A stretch of 64,000 bases of DNA from a virus. Its lineage: Duplodnaviria > Caudoviricetes. Within the stretch, counting starts at the first letter, position 1, and every line of letters starts with the position of its first letter. The position numbers and the translations under genes were made by a program. Location: the IMG/VR virus record IMGVR_UViG_3300025889_000070; one strand, written 5' to 3'. The notes beneath the pieces are model-generated. The model saw nothing but the letters and a program-made list of their open reading frames with translations, ran no database searches and was not told the DNA's origin. Shown piece after piece: positions 19,524 to 28,821 of the stretch.

Positions 19524-21620
19524 ATGGCTGTAACTGGAGATTTAGGTGGGCAACCCATTACGCTTAATAATGCTGCTGAAGAGTTTACGCTTCAAGCTAT
19601 TAATAATAATCTGTCACAGCTGGGAAAAGCCGCAGGGTATAATTTAACAGGATTGAGGAATGCCAACGCAACTGCTGGAAAAGCAGCAGGGGCATTAAAA
19701 ACTGTAGCTAACGCTGCTGGTATGAGCGCAAGTGCTATGGAAAACAGCGTCGCCGCTGTTCAGAGGTGGTCAAACGAAGCAAGTAAAAATATGCGGGCAG
19801 CTAGTGCTAGCATGGGCAGGGCTTTAAGTACTTCTGGCGACACGTTAAGTTCAAGATTAACTGCTGTTGGTGGTGCATTTAGTTCTGCTGTAAAAAGTAT
19901 ACCTTTATTAGGTAGTGTTGCAGGAGTAGCAGCTGGCGCTATTACTGGTCACATTGCTAATATGGTAGATGCTTTTGATACTGCTCAAAAATCTGGTGCT
20001 AGTTTTGGATATGATATAGGCAAATTTGGAGAAATAGCAGGACAGTCTGGTTTAACTTTTGGTCAACTGGCAGAGGTAGCCAACAAAGCAGGCGAAGGGT
20101 TAAGTAAATTTGGTGGTACTACGCTTAGAGGTAGTCAGGATTTTGCAAGATTTAGTAATGGATTAAGACAAAGCAATTTTTCAAAAGATCTAATGCGAAT
20201 GGGTATGAGTATTACAGATCAAGCAATTGCCATGGCAGACTACACTGGGATGTTAGCCAGGCAAGGTGTTAAAATAGATCAGTTGAATACAAATGACGTA
20301 GTTATAGGCATGGCCAGTTATCAGAGAGAACTTAAAACACTATCCCAAATGACAGGCACAACCATTGATCAGCAACGACAGTTACAGAAACAAGAAATGA
20401 TGAATGCTGATAGCCGTGCAGCAATAATGACTCTAAACAAAGATCAGCAGCAGATAGCATTGCAATCTATAACTACTGCTACTGAAAAGTTTGGGCCGGC
20501 AGCAGGCCAAGTAATCCGCGAGTTAATAGCACATGGTCAAGTTGTAAGCAAAGAAGGTTTAATGTTCGCAGATCAGAATCAGGCTGCTTTTGGGCATTTA
20601 CAAGGATTAACTACTAACTTGCGAGCTGGTGCTGCTAGTGCGGACGGCGTAAGCCAGATGTTTGCAAACATGGAAAAAGATGATCGCATCCAATCAGAGA
20701 TGCAACAAAACGCTAAATTAGCAGCACAAATGGTTGGTGTTGCTCACAGTAATGCTTATATTAACACAATTAAAGACAGTTTGCCAAAGATTGCTGATAC
20801 AGTTGGCCAGTTTAGAAATGAAGGCGTAGCGAAAATTAGAGAAGACATGGCACGATTAAGTGACGACGTCTCAGGTATGCAAAAAATAACTAATGAACTG
20901 AGAAACTTTGGTCAAGCTGCACAAACGGCCTTGGAACAAGGTACCGTTGCTTTAACAAATAGTGGGGCATCAAATGAAATTCTCGGAGACATCGCGAACA
21001 AGACTGCTGGTTTAACTAGTGCTTTGCAAACTTTTACTACTGAATTATCAAGTAGTACTGGTACCTTTGAAACAGCAGTGGAGAAGTTTGCTCAAGCAGT
21101 AGGCATAGGCGGTAAAAGTCAACCTACTAGAAGAATTGAAAAAGCAGGTAAATTTATTTCGGATTGGTTTAAATCTAATTTTTTGGGTAGTGACCAATCC
21201 AATCCAGCCGGCAGTGCTGCCCGCGGCGGCGTTGGGACGGGTAGCCAGATGCCAGGTAGTGACCAATCCGAAGAAGACGGCAGTGCCGCCCGCGGTGGAA
21301 TTATTAATGCACCAATGTCAGGTGCAGTAGGAAAAATAAAATTTCATGGCATGGAAGTTATTAAACCTGTAGCAAATCTGGAAGAAGCAAAAGCTGAACT
21401 GTCAAATAAAAATACTTTTGGTGATGCTAACCAAGAAGTTTTACAAGATTTACGTGTTTTAGCTCAATCAATAAAAGCAGGGACAGACAAAAACTTAAAC
21501 GAACAAAATACCGGGAATAATGATTTATTATATGCTTTAAAAGAGAATAATGAATTACTCAAAATAATGACCCAAACAATAGAAGACGGTAACAAGAAAA
21601 TAGAACGGGCCGTAGCTTAA
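19524..21620 (+). CDS. Tail tape-measure-like protein (gp29-like)
   Basis: 698 aa, Ala/Gly/Gln-rich and helical-looking; N-terminal LNNAAEE.TL pattern; lies between hub genes and portal. Confidence 0.7.
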   Translation: MAVTGDLGGQPITLNNAAEEFTLQAINNNLSQLGKAAGYNLTGLRNANATAGKAAGALKTVANAAGMSASAMENSVAAVQRWSNEASKNMRAASASMGRALSTSGDTLSSRLTAVGGAFSSAVKSIPLLGSVAGVAAGAITGHIANMVDAFDTAQKSGASFGYDIGKFGEIAGQSGLTFGQLAEVANKAGEGLSKFGGTTLRGSQDFARFSNGLRQSNFSKDLMRMGMSITDQAIAMADYTGMLARQGVKIDQLNTNDVVIGMASYQRELKTLSQMTGTTIDQQRQLQKQEMMNADSRAAIMTLNKDQQQIALQSITTATEKFGPAAGQVIRELIAHGQVVSKEGLMFADQNQAAFGHLQGLTTNLRAGAASADGVSQMFANMEKDDRIQSEMQQNAKLAAQMVGVAHSNAYINTIKDSLPKIADTVGQFRNEGVAKIREDMARLSDDVSGMQKITNELRNFGQAAQTALEQGTVALTNSGASNEILGDIANKTAGLTSALQTFTTELSSSTGTFETAVEKFAQAVGIGGKSQPTRRIEKAGKFISDWFKSNFLGSDQSNPAGSAARGGVGTGSQMPGSDQSEEDGSAARGGIINAPMSGAVGKIKFHGMEVIKPVANLEEAKAELSNKNTFGDANQEVLQDLRVLAQSIKAGTDKNLNEQNTGNNDLLYALKENNELLKIMTQTIEDGNKKIERAVA
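21186..21297 (+). repeat. Imperfect 69-nt in-frame tandem duplication in the tape measure gene
   Basis: GGTAGTGACCAATCC at 21186 and 21255; GGCAGTGCYGCCCGCGG in both copies (GSDQS...GSAARGG twice). Confidence 0.85.
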
Positions 21621-21621
21621 T

Positions 21622-21650
21622 TTGCGTAAATAGTATAAAGGTGCTATAAT
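21622..21650 (+). promoter_or_regulatory. Sigma70-type promoter overlapping a late TAAATA element
   Basis: TTGCGT (21622-27), 17 nt, TATAAT (21645-50); TAAATA at 21627-32. Confidence 0.6.
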
Positions 21651-21655
21651 ATATT

Positions 21656-21736
21656 ATGAACAGATGGTACAATAACGGCATTAAAATTATCTTTTGTGAT
21701 AAAGATACTCCCACCATCAGTGGAAGGAAAATTTAA
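21656..21736 (+). pseudogene. 26-aa mini-ORF, possible homing-endonuclease remnant
   Basis: MNRWYNNGIKIIFCDKDTPTISGRKI*; WYNNG...GR resembles repeats of phage homing endonuclease C-termini. Stops 2 nt before the portal ATG. Confidence 0.4.
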
Positions 21737-21738
21737 AA

Positions 21739-23472
21739 ATGTCGTGGAAAAAATATTTTAAGACTGTGAATGCCAGCCCCCTGACAAACGCAGGGCCTGG
21801 TAATAGTTCAGATCTAAAATACAGTCATTATGCTAGTCATCTACCTGAAGTTTACGTTGGTCATGCAAATCGTATTACTCGTTATGCCCAGTATGAAAAC
21901 ATGGATGTCGACAGTGAAGTAAACGCTGCGCTGGATATTATTGCTGAATTCTGTACACAAACAAATGTAGAAAATGGCACAGTTTTTGATGTTCACTTCC
22001 ACGAAGATCCCAGTGACAGTGAAATAGAAACTATCAGAAAACAACTTGTAAACTGGAATAACTTAAACGAATTTGACAAACGAACATTCAAGATTTTCCG
22101 GAACGTTCTAAAGTACGGTGATCAGGTGTTTATCAGAGACCCAGAAACTTTTGAATGGTTCTGGGTAGAGATGACAAAAGTCACTAAAGTGATTGTTAAT
22201 GAGAGCGAAGGCAAAAAGCCTGAGCAGTATGTGCTCAAAGATATAAATCCTAACTTTGAAAATCTTACAGCAACTCAGTTAAACTACAGCGATGATTTTC
22301 ACAGATCAGGCGATCACAAACAAAGTGGTTATATACAGCCCAGTAACATATATACAAGCCAGAGCAGTAGTCAGGGAAGATTTGATCGCAGTGTAAATGA
22401 AACTGCGGTAGAAGCAGAACACATTGTACATTGTAGTTTAACAGAAGGTCTGGACGCTAACTGGCCTTTTGGTAATAGTATACTAGAAAATATTTTTAAA
22501 GTTTACAAGCAAAAAGAACTGCTTGAAGATGCTATTATTATCTACCGTATCCAAAGAGCTCCAGAGCGTAGAGTATTTTATGTTGATGTTGGTAATATGC
22601 CAGCACACATGGCTATGGCCTTTGTTGAGCGTGTTAAAAATGAAATTCATCAGCGTCGTATTCCTAGTCAAACAGGCGGCGGCGCTAACATCATGGATAC
22701 AACTTATAATCCACTTAGTATTAATGAAGATTACTTCTTTCCACAAACAGCAGAAGGTCGAGGGTCAAAAGTTGAAACACTACCAGGTGGAACTAATCTT
22801 GGTGAAATTGATGATTTGAAATACTTTACCAACAAACTATATCGTGGACTAAGAATACCCAGCAGTTACTTGCCTACCGGACCTGATGAATCACCAGCTG
22901 GTTACACTGATGGCAGAGTTGGTACCGCTCTGATTCAAGAGTATCGTTTTAATGAGTATTGTAAACGACTTCAGCGTTTAATTGCAGAAACATTTGACAG
23001 AGAATTTAAAATGTTTCTAAAGTGGCGAGGTTTTGAACTGGATAATAGTAGTTTTGAGCTACGCTTTAACGAACCACAAAACTTCAGCAAGTATCGTGAA
23101 GTTGAAATGGATGGAACCAGAATTAATACATTTACCAGCCTGGAAGGTTATCCATATTTGAGTAAACGTTTCTTACTACAACGCTTCCTGGGTCTCAGTG
23201 AAGAAGAAATGTCAGAAAACACTAAGCTCTGGAGAGAAGAGAATCTAGATGATGTTGAAGCAGATATGCCAAACATGCGTAGTGTTGGTATTACACCAGG
23301 TGGATTAGAAACTGACTTAGAAAACTTTATGCCACCTGATCTTGAAACACCCGAAGGTGAAGGTGCTGAAGGTGAAGCTGATCTTGGAGCAAGTGAGCCT
23401 GGTGGCCCAACTGGAGCACCACAAAGTCCTATTCCAGGAACGCCACCGCCTACAGAAGTTCCCAGTACATAA
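21739..23472 (+). CDS. gp20: Portal protein
   Basis: YENMDVDSEVNAALD, LEDAIIIYRIQRAPERRVFYVDVGNMP, EDYFFP..EGRGSKVETLPGG, GLRIPSSYL. Confidence 0.96.
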   Translation: MSWKKYFKTVNASPLTNAGPGNSSDLKYSHYASHLPEVYVGHANRITRYAQYENMDVDSEVNAALDIIAEFCTQTNVENGTVFDVHFHEDPSDSEIETIRKQLVNWNNLNEFDKRTFKIFRNVLKYGDQVFIRDPETFEWFWVEMTKVTKVIVNESEGKKPEQYVLKDINPNFENLTATQLNYSDDFHRSGDHKQSGYIQPSNIYTSQSSSQGRFDRSVNETAVEAEHIVHCSLTEGLDANWPFGNSILENIFKVYKQKELLEDAIIIYRIQRAPERRVFYVDVGNMPAHMAMAFVERVKNEIHQRRIPSQTGGGANIMDTTYNPLSINEDYFFPQTAEGRGSKVETLPGGTNLGEIDDLKYFTNKLYRGLRIPSSYLPTGPDESPAGYTDGRVGTALIQEYRFNEYCKRLQRLIAETFDREFKMFLKWRGFELDNSSFELRFNEPQNFSKYREVEMDGTRINTFTSLEGYPYLSKRFLLQRFLGLSEEEMSENTKLWREENLDDVEADMPNMRSVGITPGGLETDLENFMPPDLETPEGEGAEGEADLGASEPGGPTGAPQSPIPGTPPPTEVPST

Positions 23473-23478
23473 ATATAC

Positions 23479-23721
23479 TTGGAGATAGTTATGTACGTTA
23501 AAGACTTTATTAAAGAATCTGATACAAAAACAGAAGATAAACTTCATGATCAGAATTCTGATGCTAGCAAAGCTGAAAAAACAGATACCAGAAAAACCCG
23601 CCTTACTCTAGAGCAGATTAATCGTTTGCGTGTACTTAATGATGTAAAAATTTCTGAATATCAGCAAAATATTAAAAAAATCAAGCAACAATTTTCTGCT
23701 CCTGCCGCCCCAGCCCAGTAA
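23479..23721 (+). CDS. Small head-region hypothetical protein
   Basis: 80 aa between portal and core protein; preceded by TAAATA (23470-75) and GGAG. Confidence 0.7.
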   Translation: MEIVMYVKDFIKESDTKTEDKLHDQNSDASKAEKTDTRKTRLTLEQINRLRVLNDVKISEYQQNIKKIKQQFSAPAAPAQ

Positions 23722-23816
23722 AATCTCCTTTTTGACTCAAAAAATGCTCTTAATTACACATAAATAAAGTGTGTAGTTAAATAAACTAAATGCCTTAACA
23801 TAAAGGAGCCCTATTT

Positions 23817-24515
23817 ATGAGCGACAAATTTAATGAACTTATTGAGCTTATCATTAGTGAAGAAAGTGATAAAGCAAGAGATCTTTTTCATGAAATCGTA
23901 GTGGAAAAGAGCCGTGAAATTTATGAAGCCCTAGACGAAGAAGAAGTAGTCGATGAGGCGGAAGAAGAAATTGAAGAGAATGATTTTGATGAAGCAGAGC
24001 TAGGTGGCGATGCTGCTGATGACATGATCGACGACATCGACGACATCGAAGCAGACGAACAAGGTCTTGCTATCGAAGGTCACGACGACGACGATGAAGA
24101 GCTAGAGGATCGTGTTGTTGATCTCGAAGACGCTCTTGACGAACTCAAAGCAGAATTTGAAAGAATTATGGCTGGTGACGATGACGAACCAGAAATGGAC
24201 ATGGACATGGATGATGAAGAAGTGGACATGGACGACGATGAGTCAGACATGGACATGGATGACATGGACGACGAGTCAGAAGATGAGATGGCTGATGAAA
24301 TGGTTCGCGAGTACAAGGAAAAAGTTTCACCTCCTTCCAATTCAGAAGAAGGTGACGGCAAATCCGGTCCAGTTGCTGGTAAAAACCCAATTGGTAATGC
24401 CGCTAATGCTAAAAACCTTAATCAAGGCGGAGACGGTGAAAAAGTTACACCACAGAAGCCAAAAGTTCAAACAGATGCAGCCAATCCAAAAGGCGCAACT
24501 ATGAAAAAGGCATAA
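23817..24515 (+). CDS. Highly acidic prohead core-like protein
   Basis: Asp/Glu/Met-rich middle and basic C-terminus; same position as T4 gp67/gp68 between gp20 and gp21; SD AAGGAG. Confidence 0.7.
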   Translation: MSDKFNELIELIISEESDKARDLFHEIVVEKSREIYEALDEEEVVDEAEEEIEENDFDEAELGGDAADDMIDDIDDIEADEQGLAIEGHDDDDEELEDRVVDLEDALDELKAEFERIMAGDDDEPEMDMDMDDEEVDMDDDESDMDMDDMDDESEDEMADEMVREYKEKVSPPSNSEEGDGKSGPVAGKNPIGNAANAKNLNQGGDGEKVTPQKPKVQTDAANPKGATMKKA

Positions 24516-24529
24516 GGTAGGTACAATAT

Positions 24530-25153
24530 ATGAACTACCTAAGAGAACACCTTACCTTCGATCAAGCTCGTATGGTTACAGAAACTGCTAACGAGGGCAA
24601 GGATCTCTATATGAAAGGCATTTGTATTCAGGGCGGGGTAAAGAACGCCAACCAGCGTGTTTACCCTGTCACTGAAATTTCCAATGCCGTTAAGCAGCTC
24701 AACGATCAAATTACATCAGGAAACAGTGTTCTTGGTGAAGTTGATCATCCAGACGACTTAAAGATTAATTTAGATCGTGTTAGCCACATGATTACTGAAA
24801 TGTGGATGGACGGCCCAAACGGCTATGGAAAATTAAAAGTTTTACCCACTCCAATGGGTCAGTTAGTTAAGACCATGTTAGAAAGTGGGGTAAAGTTGGG
24901 CGTTAGTAGTAGAGGCAGCGGCAACGTTGCAGAATCTACTGGTGATGTTTCCGACTTCGAGATTGTCACAGTTGACGTTGTGGCACAACCCAGTGCTCCA
25001 AATGCATATCCTAAAGCCATATACGAAGGCTTACTTAATATGCACCATGGGCACAATGTCCTTGAGATTGCCAGAGAAGCAAATGGCAATGCTAAAGTAC
25101 AAAAATACTTGAAAGACGAAGTAGTTCGTCTTATCAAGGACCTAAAGATCTAG
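24530..25153 (+). CDS. gp21: Prohead maturation protease
   Basis: GICIQGGVKNANQRVY, LGEVDHP, VSH, KLGVSSRGSG, DVVAQPSAPNAY. Confidence 0.95.
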   Translation: MNYLREHLTFDQARMVTETANEGKDLYMKGICIQGGVKNANQRVYPVTEISNAVKQLNDQITSGNSVLGEVDHPDDLKINLDRVSHMITEMWMDGPNGYGKLKVLPTPMGQLVKTMLESGVKLGVSSRGSGNVAESTGDVSDFEIVTVDVVAQPSAPNAYPKAIYEGLLNMHHGHNVLEIAREANGNAKVQKYLKDEVVRLIKDLKI

Positions 25154-25162
25154 GAGACAAAG

Positions 25163-26263
25163 ATGCTAGATGCTATCAAACCATTATTGGATAGCGACCT
25201 GATCAACGAAGAGACCCGCACTCAAATAGAAGAAGCCTGGGAATCAAAGTTAACAGAAACTAAAGAACAGGTCAGAGTAGAGCTCCGTGAGGAATTTGCT
25301 CAACGCTATGAGCACGATAAGAGTGTAATGGTTGAAGCCTTGGATCGTATGGTAACTGAAAATCTAACAAGTGAACTAGAACTTATTCAGGAAGAAAAGA
25401 AGCGTCTTGCAGAAGACCGTGCTAAGTTTGTAGCACGTATGCAGGAAACTTCCGGAAGTTTTGATAAGTTTCTAGTAAATCAACTTGCTGAAGAAATTCA
25501 AGAATTTCAAGCAGATCGTGCAGAGCAAGCAGAACATGTAGCAAAGATAGAAGCCTTTATTACAGAAGCACTTGCCAAAGAGATCATTGAGTTCCAAGAA
25601 GATCGCCAAGATGTTGTTGAAACCAAGGTTCGTCTTGTAAAAGAAGCACGTAGCAAGTTTGATGAGATTAAATCAAAGTTTATTGACAATAGCAGCAAAC
25701 TTGTCAAAGAAGCAGTTACTGATAATCTAAATGCTGAGATCACTCAACTACGTGAAGATATCGAAGCAGCCAAAGCAAATAACTTTGGTCGTAAAATTTT
25801 CGAAGCATTTGCAAGTGAATTTAGTGTAAGTTATCTCAATGAAAATCAAGAAATTAAAGATTTAAAACGTTCAATTGAAGAAAAAGAGCAAGCACTAACA
25901 GAAGCAAAAGTTGCAATCGCTGAGAAATCACACATTATTGAGAGCAAAGAGCATGAAATTGAAGCTATTAACGAATCTGCCCTGCGCAAAGAAATTATGG
26001 CAAATCTCATGAAGCCACTCAATAAAGAAAAAGGCGCAGTAATGCGTGACCTTCTAGAAAGCGTTCAAACAAGCAAGCTACAAGCTGCATATGATCGTTA
26101 TCTTCCAGTTGTACTAGACGGCAAAGCACCAAAAACTGAAAAGAAGATGGTAGCTGAAAGTCGTGTAGCAAAAACTGGAAACAAAGAAGTAAAAACACCA
26201 CAACCTGTAGAGGCTGATACAAGTAATATTGTTGAGCTTCGCAAGTTGGCAGGCTTAAAATAA
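25163..26263 (+). CDS. gp22: Prohead scaffold/core protein
   Basis: Glu-rich coiled coil between gp21 and gp23; FGRKIFEAF motif. Confidence 0.85.
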   Translation: MLDAIKPLLDSDLINEETRTQIEEAWESKLTETKEQVRVELREEFAQRYEHDKSVMVEALDRMVTENLTSELELIQEEKKRLAEDRAKFVARMQETSGSFDKFLVNQLAEEIQEFQADRAEQAEHVAKIEAFITEALAKEIIEFQEDRQDVVETKVRLVKEARSKFDEIKSKFIDNSSKLVKEAVTDNLNAEITQLREDIEAAKANNFGRKIFEAFASEFSVSYLNENQEIKDLKRSIEEKEQALTEAKVAIAEKSHIIESKEHEIEAINESALRKEIMANLMKPLNKEKGAVMRDLLESVQTSKLQAAYDRYLPVVLDGKAPKTEKKMVAESRVAKTGNKEVKTPQPVEADTSNIVELRKLAGLK

Positions 26264-26282
26264 AGTACTAGAGGAGACAAAA

Positions 26283-27479
26283 ATGTCAAACGTACTATTA
26301 GAAAGCCGTTGGGGCGAAACAAAAGATGCTCTTCTAGAAGGTCTAGAAGGCAATCGCCGCAGCAGCATGGCAGTAATTCTTGAAAATACCAAGCGGTATC
26401 TATCAGAATCTGCATCTACCGGCGCAACCGCAGCAGGTAACGTAGCTACACTTAACCGTGTTATTCTACCAGTTATCCGCCGTGTTATGCCAACAGTTAT
26501 CGCCAACGAAATCGTTGGTGTTCAACCAATGCAGGGCCCAGTTGGCCAGATCCACACTCTACGTGTTCGTTACGCAGAAGCAGTTACTTCAACAGCAACT
26601 GGTGACCTCGGAACAGATACAGTAGCAGGTGATGAAGCTCTTAGCCCATTCAAAATTGCTACAGCATATTCTGGTACTGTATCAGCTACTTCAAGCACAG
26701 GTCGTGCCGGCGCAACAGCCGCCATGGAAGGTGATGGTGGTAACAAGATCAGCATCCAGATCCTAAAGCAGCCTGTTGAAGCCAAGACCAGAAAGCTACA
26801 AGCTCGCTGGACATTCGAGGCAGCTCAAGACGCACAGAGCATGCATGGTATCGACGTTGAAGCCGAAATCATGGCCGCTCTTGCTCAGGAAATCACCGCA
26901 GAAATCGACCAGGAAGTTCTAGCTTCTCTACGCAGCCTAGCTGCCACAGAAGAAACCTTCAACCAGGCCGCAGTAAGTGGTACAGCCACATACGTTGGTG
27001 ATGAGCATGCTGCTCTAGCAGTGCTAATCAACCGCACAGCCAACAAGATTGCACAGCGCACACGTCGTGGTGCAGGTAACTGGGCAGTTGTTAGCCAGGA
27101 AGCACTAACAGTTCTACAGAGTGCAAGCACTTCAGCTTTTGCTCGTACAACTGAAGGTACTTTCGAAGCACCAACAAACACCAAGTTCGTTGGTACACTC
27201 AACGGTGCAATGCGCATTTATGTTGACGGTTATGCCGGCGACAGTAAAGCAGTACTAGTTGGTTACAAGGGTCAAAGTGAAACAGACGCAGCAGCATTCT
27301 ATTGCCCATACGTCCCACTAATGAGCTCTGGTACAGTACTAGATCCAGCAACATTTGAGCCAGTAGTTAGCTTTATGACCAGGTATGGATATGTGGAGTT
27401 GTCAAACACTGCATCATCACTTGGTAATGCTGGTGATTACGTTGGCGAAGTTGCCATGCAAAATATTAGCTTTAGCTAA
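26283..27479 (+). CDS. gp23: Major capsid protein
   Basis: ILPVIRRVMPTVIANEIVGVQPM.GPVGQI, VEAKTRKLQARWT.EAAQD, EITAEIDQE, AAFYCPYVPL, FMTRYG. Confidence 0.97.
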   Translation: MSNVLLESRWGETKDALLEGLEGNRRSSMAVILENTKRYLSESASTGATAAGNVATLNRVILPVIRRVMPTVIANEIVGVQPMQGPVGQIHTLRVRYAEAVTSTATGDLGTDTVAGDEALSPFKIATAYSGTVSATSSTGRAGATAAMEGDGGNKISIQILKQPVEAKTRKLQARWTFEAAQDAQSMHGIDVEAEIMAALAQEITAEIDQEVLASLRSLAATEETFNQAAVSGTATYVGDEHAALAVLINRTANKIAQRTRRGAGNWAVVSQEALTVLQSASTSAFARTTEGTFEAPTNTKFVGTLNGAMRIYVDGYAGDSKAVLVGYKGQSETDAAAFYCPYVPLMSSGTVLDPATFEPVVSFMTRYGYVELSNTASSLGNAGDYVGEVAMQNISFS

Positions 27480-27529
27480 TAAAAAAAAAAGCATTGCAGT
27501 TTACCTAAACGTAAGCTCAAAAACAGACT

Positions 27530-27556
27530 GGGGAAGCAGAAATGCTTCCCCTTTTT
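27530..27556 (+). terminator. Intrinsic terminator after gp23
   Basis: GGGGAAGCA-GAAA-TGCTTCCCC followed by TTTTT. Confidence 0.9.
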
Positions 27557-27582
27557 GTTGACTAAAATTATATTGCAAAGTC

Positions 27583-27590
27583 TATAAATA
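27583..27590 (+). promoter_or_regulatory. T4-type late promoter TATAAATA
   Basis: Exact T4 late consensus, downstream of the gp23 terminator. Confidence 0.8.
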
Positions 27591-27672
27591 CATTGTCTAT
27601 AAACTAGACTTATGCGGACACCACCGCGTACCTGGTAGAACCAGGATCGGACTTCTTGAAAGGAGAAAACAA

Positions 27673-28146
27673 ATGGGTAGACCATTAAGAACAGCAGAAA
27701 CAGTTGATGGTAACTTTCACACAGGCGCAATTGGTGCAGATGCCGGCACAGGTCAGCAGATTCGTATGATTGCTTATATTCCTGAAGCAGATGGCGGCAG
27801 TAGTGCAGTAAACACATCAGTTGTAAAACAAAAAGGTACACACCGTTTTCGTGTCACAACTGTACAAGGTACAGGCACATGCACACTTCGTCCACTAGCC
27901 AGTGGCTCACTGGCTGCAGGCGAGTGCCAGCTAACAGCAACAGACAGTGCAAGCGGCACTTACTTTGTAAGCCGTGTTAGTCCTAACTGGATTGAAATTG
28001 GCGCTCTAGGCACAGGTTCACAGGTTGCAGTAGGCGATCGTGTACAGTGGGTTAATACAGGTGAATCAGCTGTTGCAATTGACACCAGTACATATGCTAT
28101 TGGTGATGTTAATCAGCCAGGTAGATTTATCATTGTAACTGCATAA
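27673..28146 (+). CDS. Hypothetical virion protein after MCP (possible head decoration)
   Basis: 157 aa, beta-rich; late promoter, SD AAGGAG. Function inferred from position only. Confidence 0.7.
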   Translation: MGRPLRTAETVDGNFHTGAIGADAGTGQQIRMIAYIPEADGGSSAVNTSVVKQKGTHRFRVTTVQGTGTCTLRPLASGSLAAGECQLTATDSASGTYFVSRVSPNWIEIGALGTGSQVAVGDRVQWVNTGESAVAIDTSTYAIGDVNQPGRFIIVTA

Positions 28147-28162
28147 GTTCAAGTATTAAGTC

Positions 28163-28209
28163 TTGACAAACAAAAAAAGGTTACAGTATAATGTATTGTA
28201 ACCTTTTTT
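28163..28209 (+). promoter_or_regulatory. Sigma70-type promoter embedded in a 17-bp hairpin that may also be a bidirectional terminator
   Basis: TTGACA (28163-68), 18 nt, TATAAT (28187-92); inverted repeat 28173-89/28193-209 with A6/T6 ends. Confidence 0.65.
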
Positions 28210-28215
28210 AATGAT

Positions 28216-28797
28216 ATGACTGAATTTGCTTTTATACTTGGTAACGGAAAAACACGCAGAGCTTTTAACATTTCTGATCTGAGAAATCGGGGATCAGTAT
28301 ATGCCTGTAATGCTGTTTATCGTACTGAACAAGTAGATGTATTAATAAGTACAGACCCTGGAATAAGCAGTGAAATAATAGCCAGTGGATACCCAGATAA
28401 TCATATTCACTACACTAGAGAAAATAACATTAAACCTGGTGTAAAAAGTCGGGCGCTAAGTTCTAGATGGCAAGGATATAGCAGCGGTAGTAATGCACTA
28501 GCACAGGCTTGTATTGATGGGTTTGCTTATTGTTTTATGATAGGCATGGACCTTGTCAGTGACAGTATGTATATAAACAATTTGTATGCTGATACACTAA
28601 ACTACAAAGCTAGCAATAGTGAACCCACATTTCATGGTAACTGGGAAGGACAAATACAAGAAATCATACAAGAATTTCCCACTACAAGGATAGTTCATGT
28701 TAATCCACTTTTAATGTATACGCCTGAAATCTGGAAAACATATCCTAATTTTGAAATACAATCTGTAGACAAGTTTAAATCTATGATAAATATTTAA
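28216..28797 (+). CDS. GT42/Maf(DUF115)-like nucleotide-sugar transferase-like protein, paralogue 1
   Basis: AFILGNGKTR...VYACNAVYR...DVLISTD...IGMD resembles the GNGPS...CN...D...G.D core of CstII/Maf-type Rossmann folds. Confidence 0.5.
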   Translation: MTEFAFILGNGKTRRAFNISDLRNRGSVYACNAVYRTEQVDVLISTDPGISSEIIASGYPDNHIHYTRENNIKPGVKSRALSSRWQGYSSGSNALAQACIDGFAYCFMIGMDLVSDSMYINNLYADTLNYKASNSEPTFHGNWEGQIQEIIQEFPTTRIVHVNPLLMYTPEIWKTYPNFEIQSVDKFKSMINI

Positions 28798-28821
28798 AAT
28801 CGTATAGAACAGGTATAATCT

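Noticed and set aside
21739-27479. Introns or inteins in portal, protease, capsid, sheath or gp46
   Set aside because: All are continuous ORFs with expected motif order and no intein C-terminal HN-(C/S/T) block or LAGLIDADG insert.
27479-27490. A-run after gp23 as a slippage or phase-variation site
   Set aside because: Intergenic, between the stop codon and terminator, so no reading frame is affected; may also be a homopolymer sequencing artefact.
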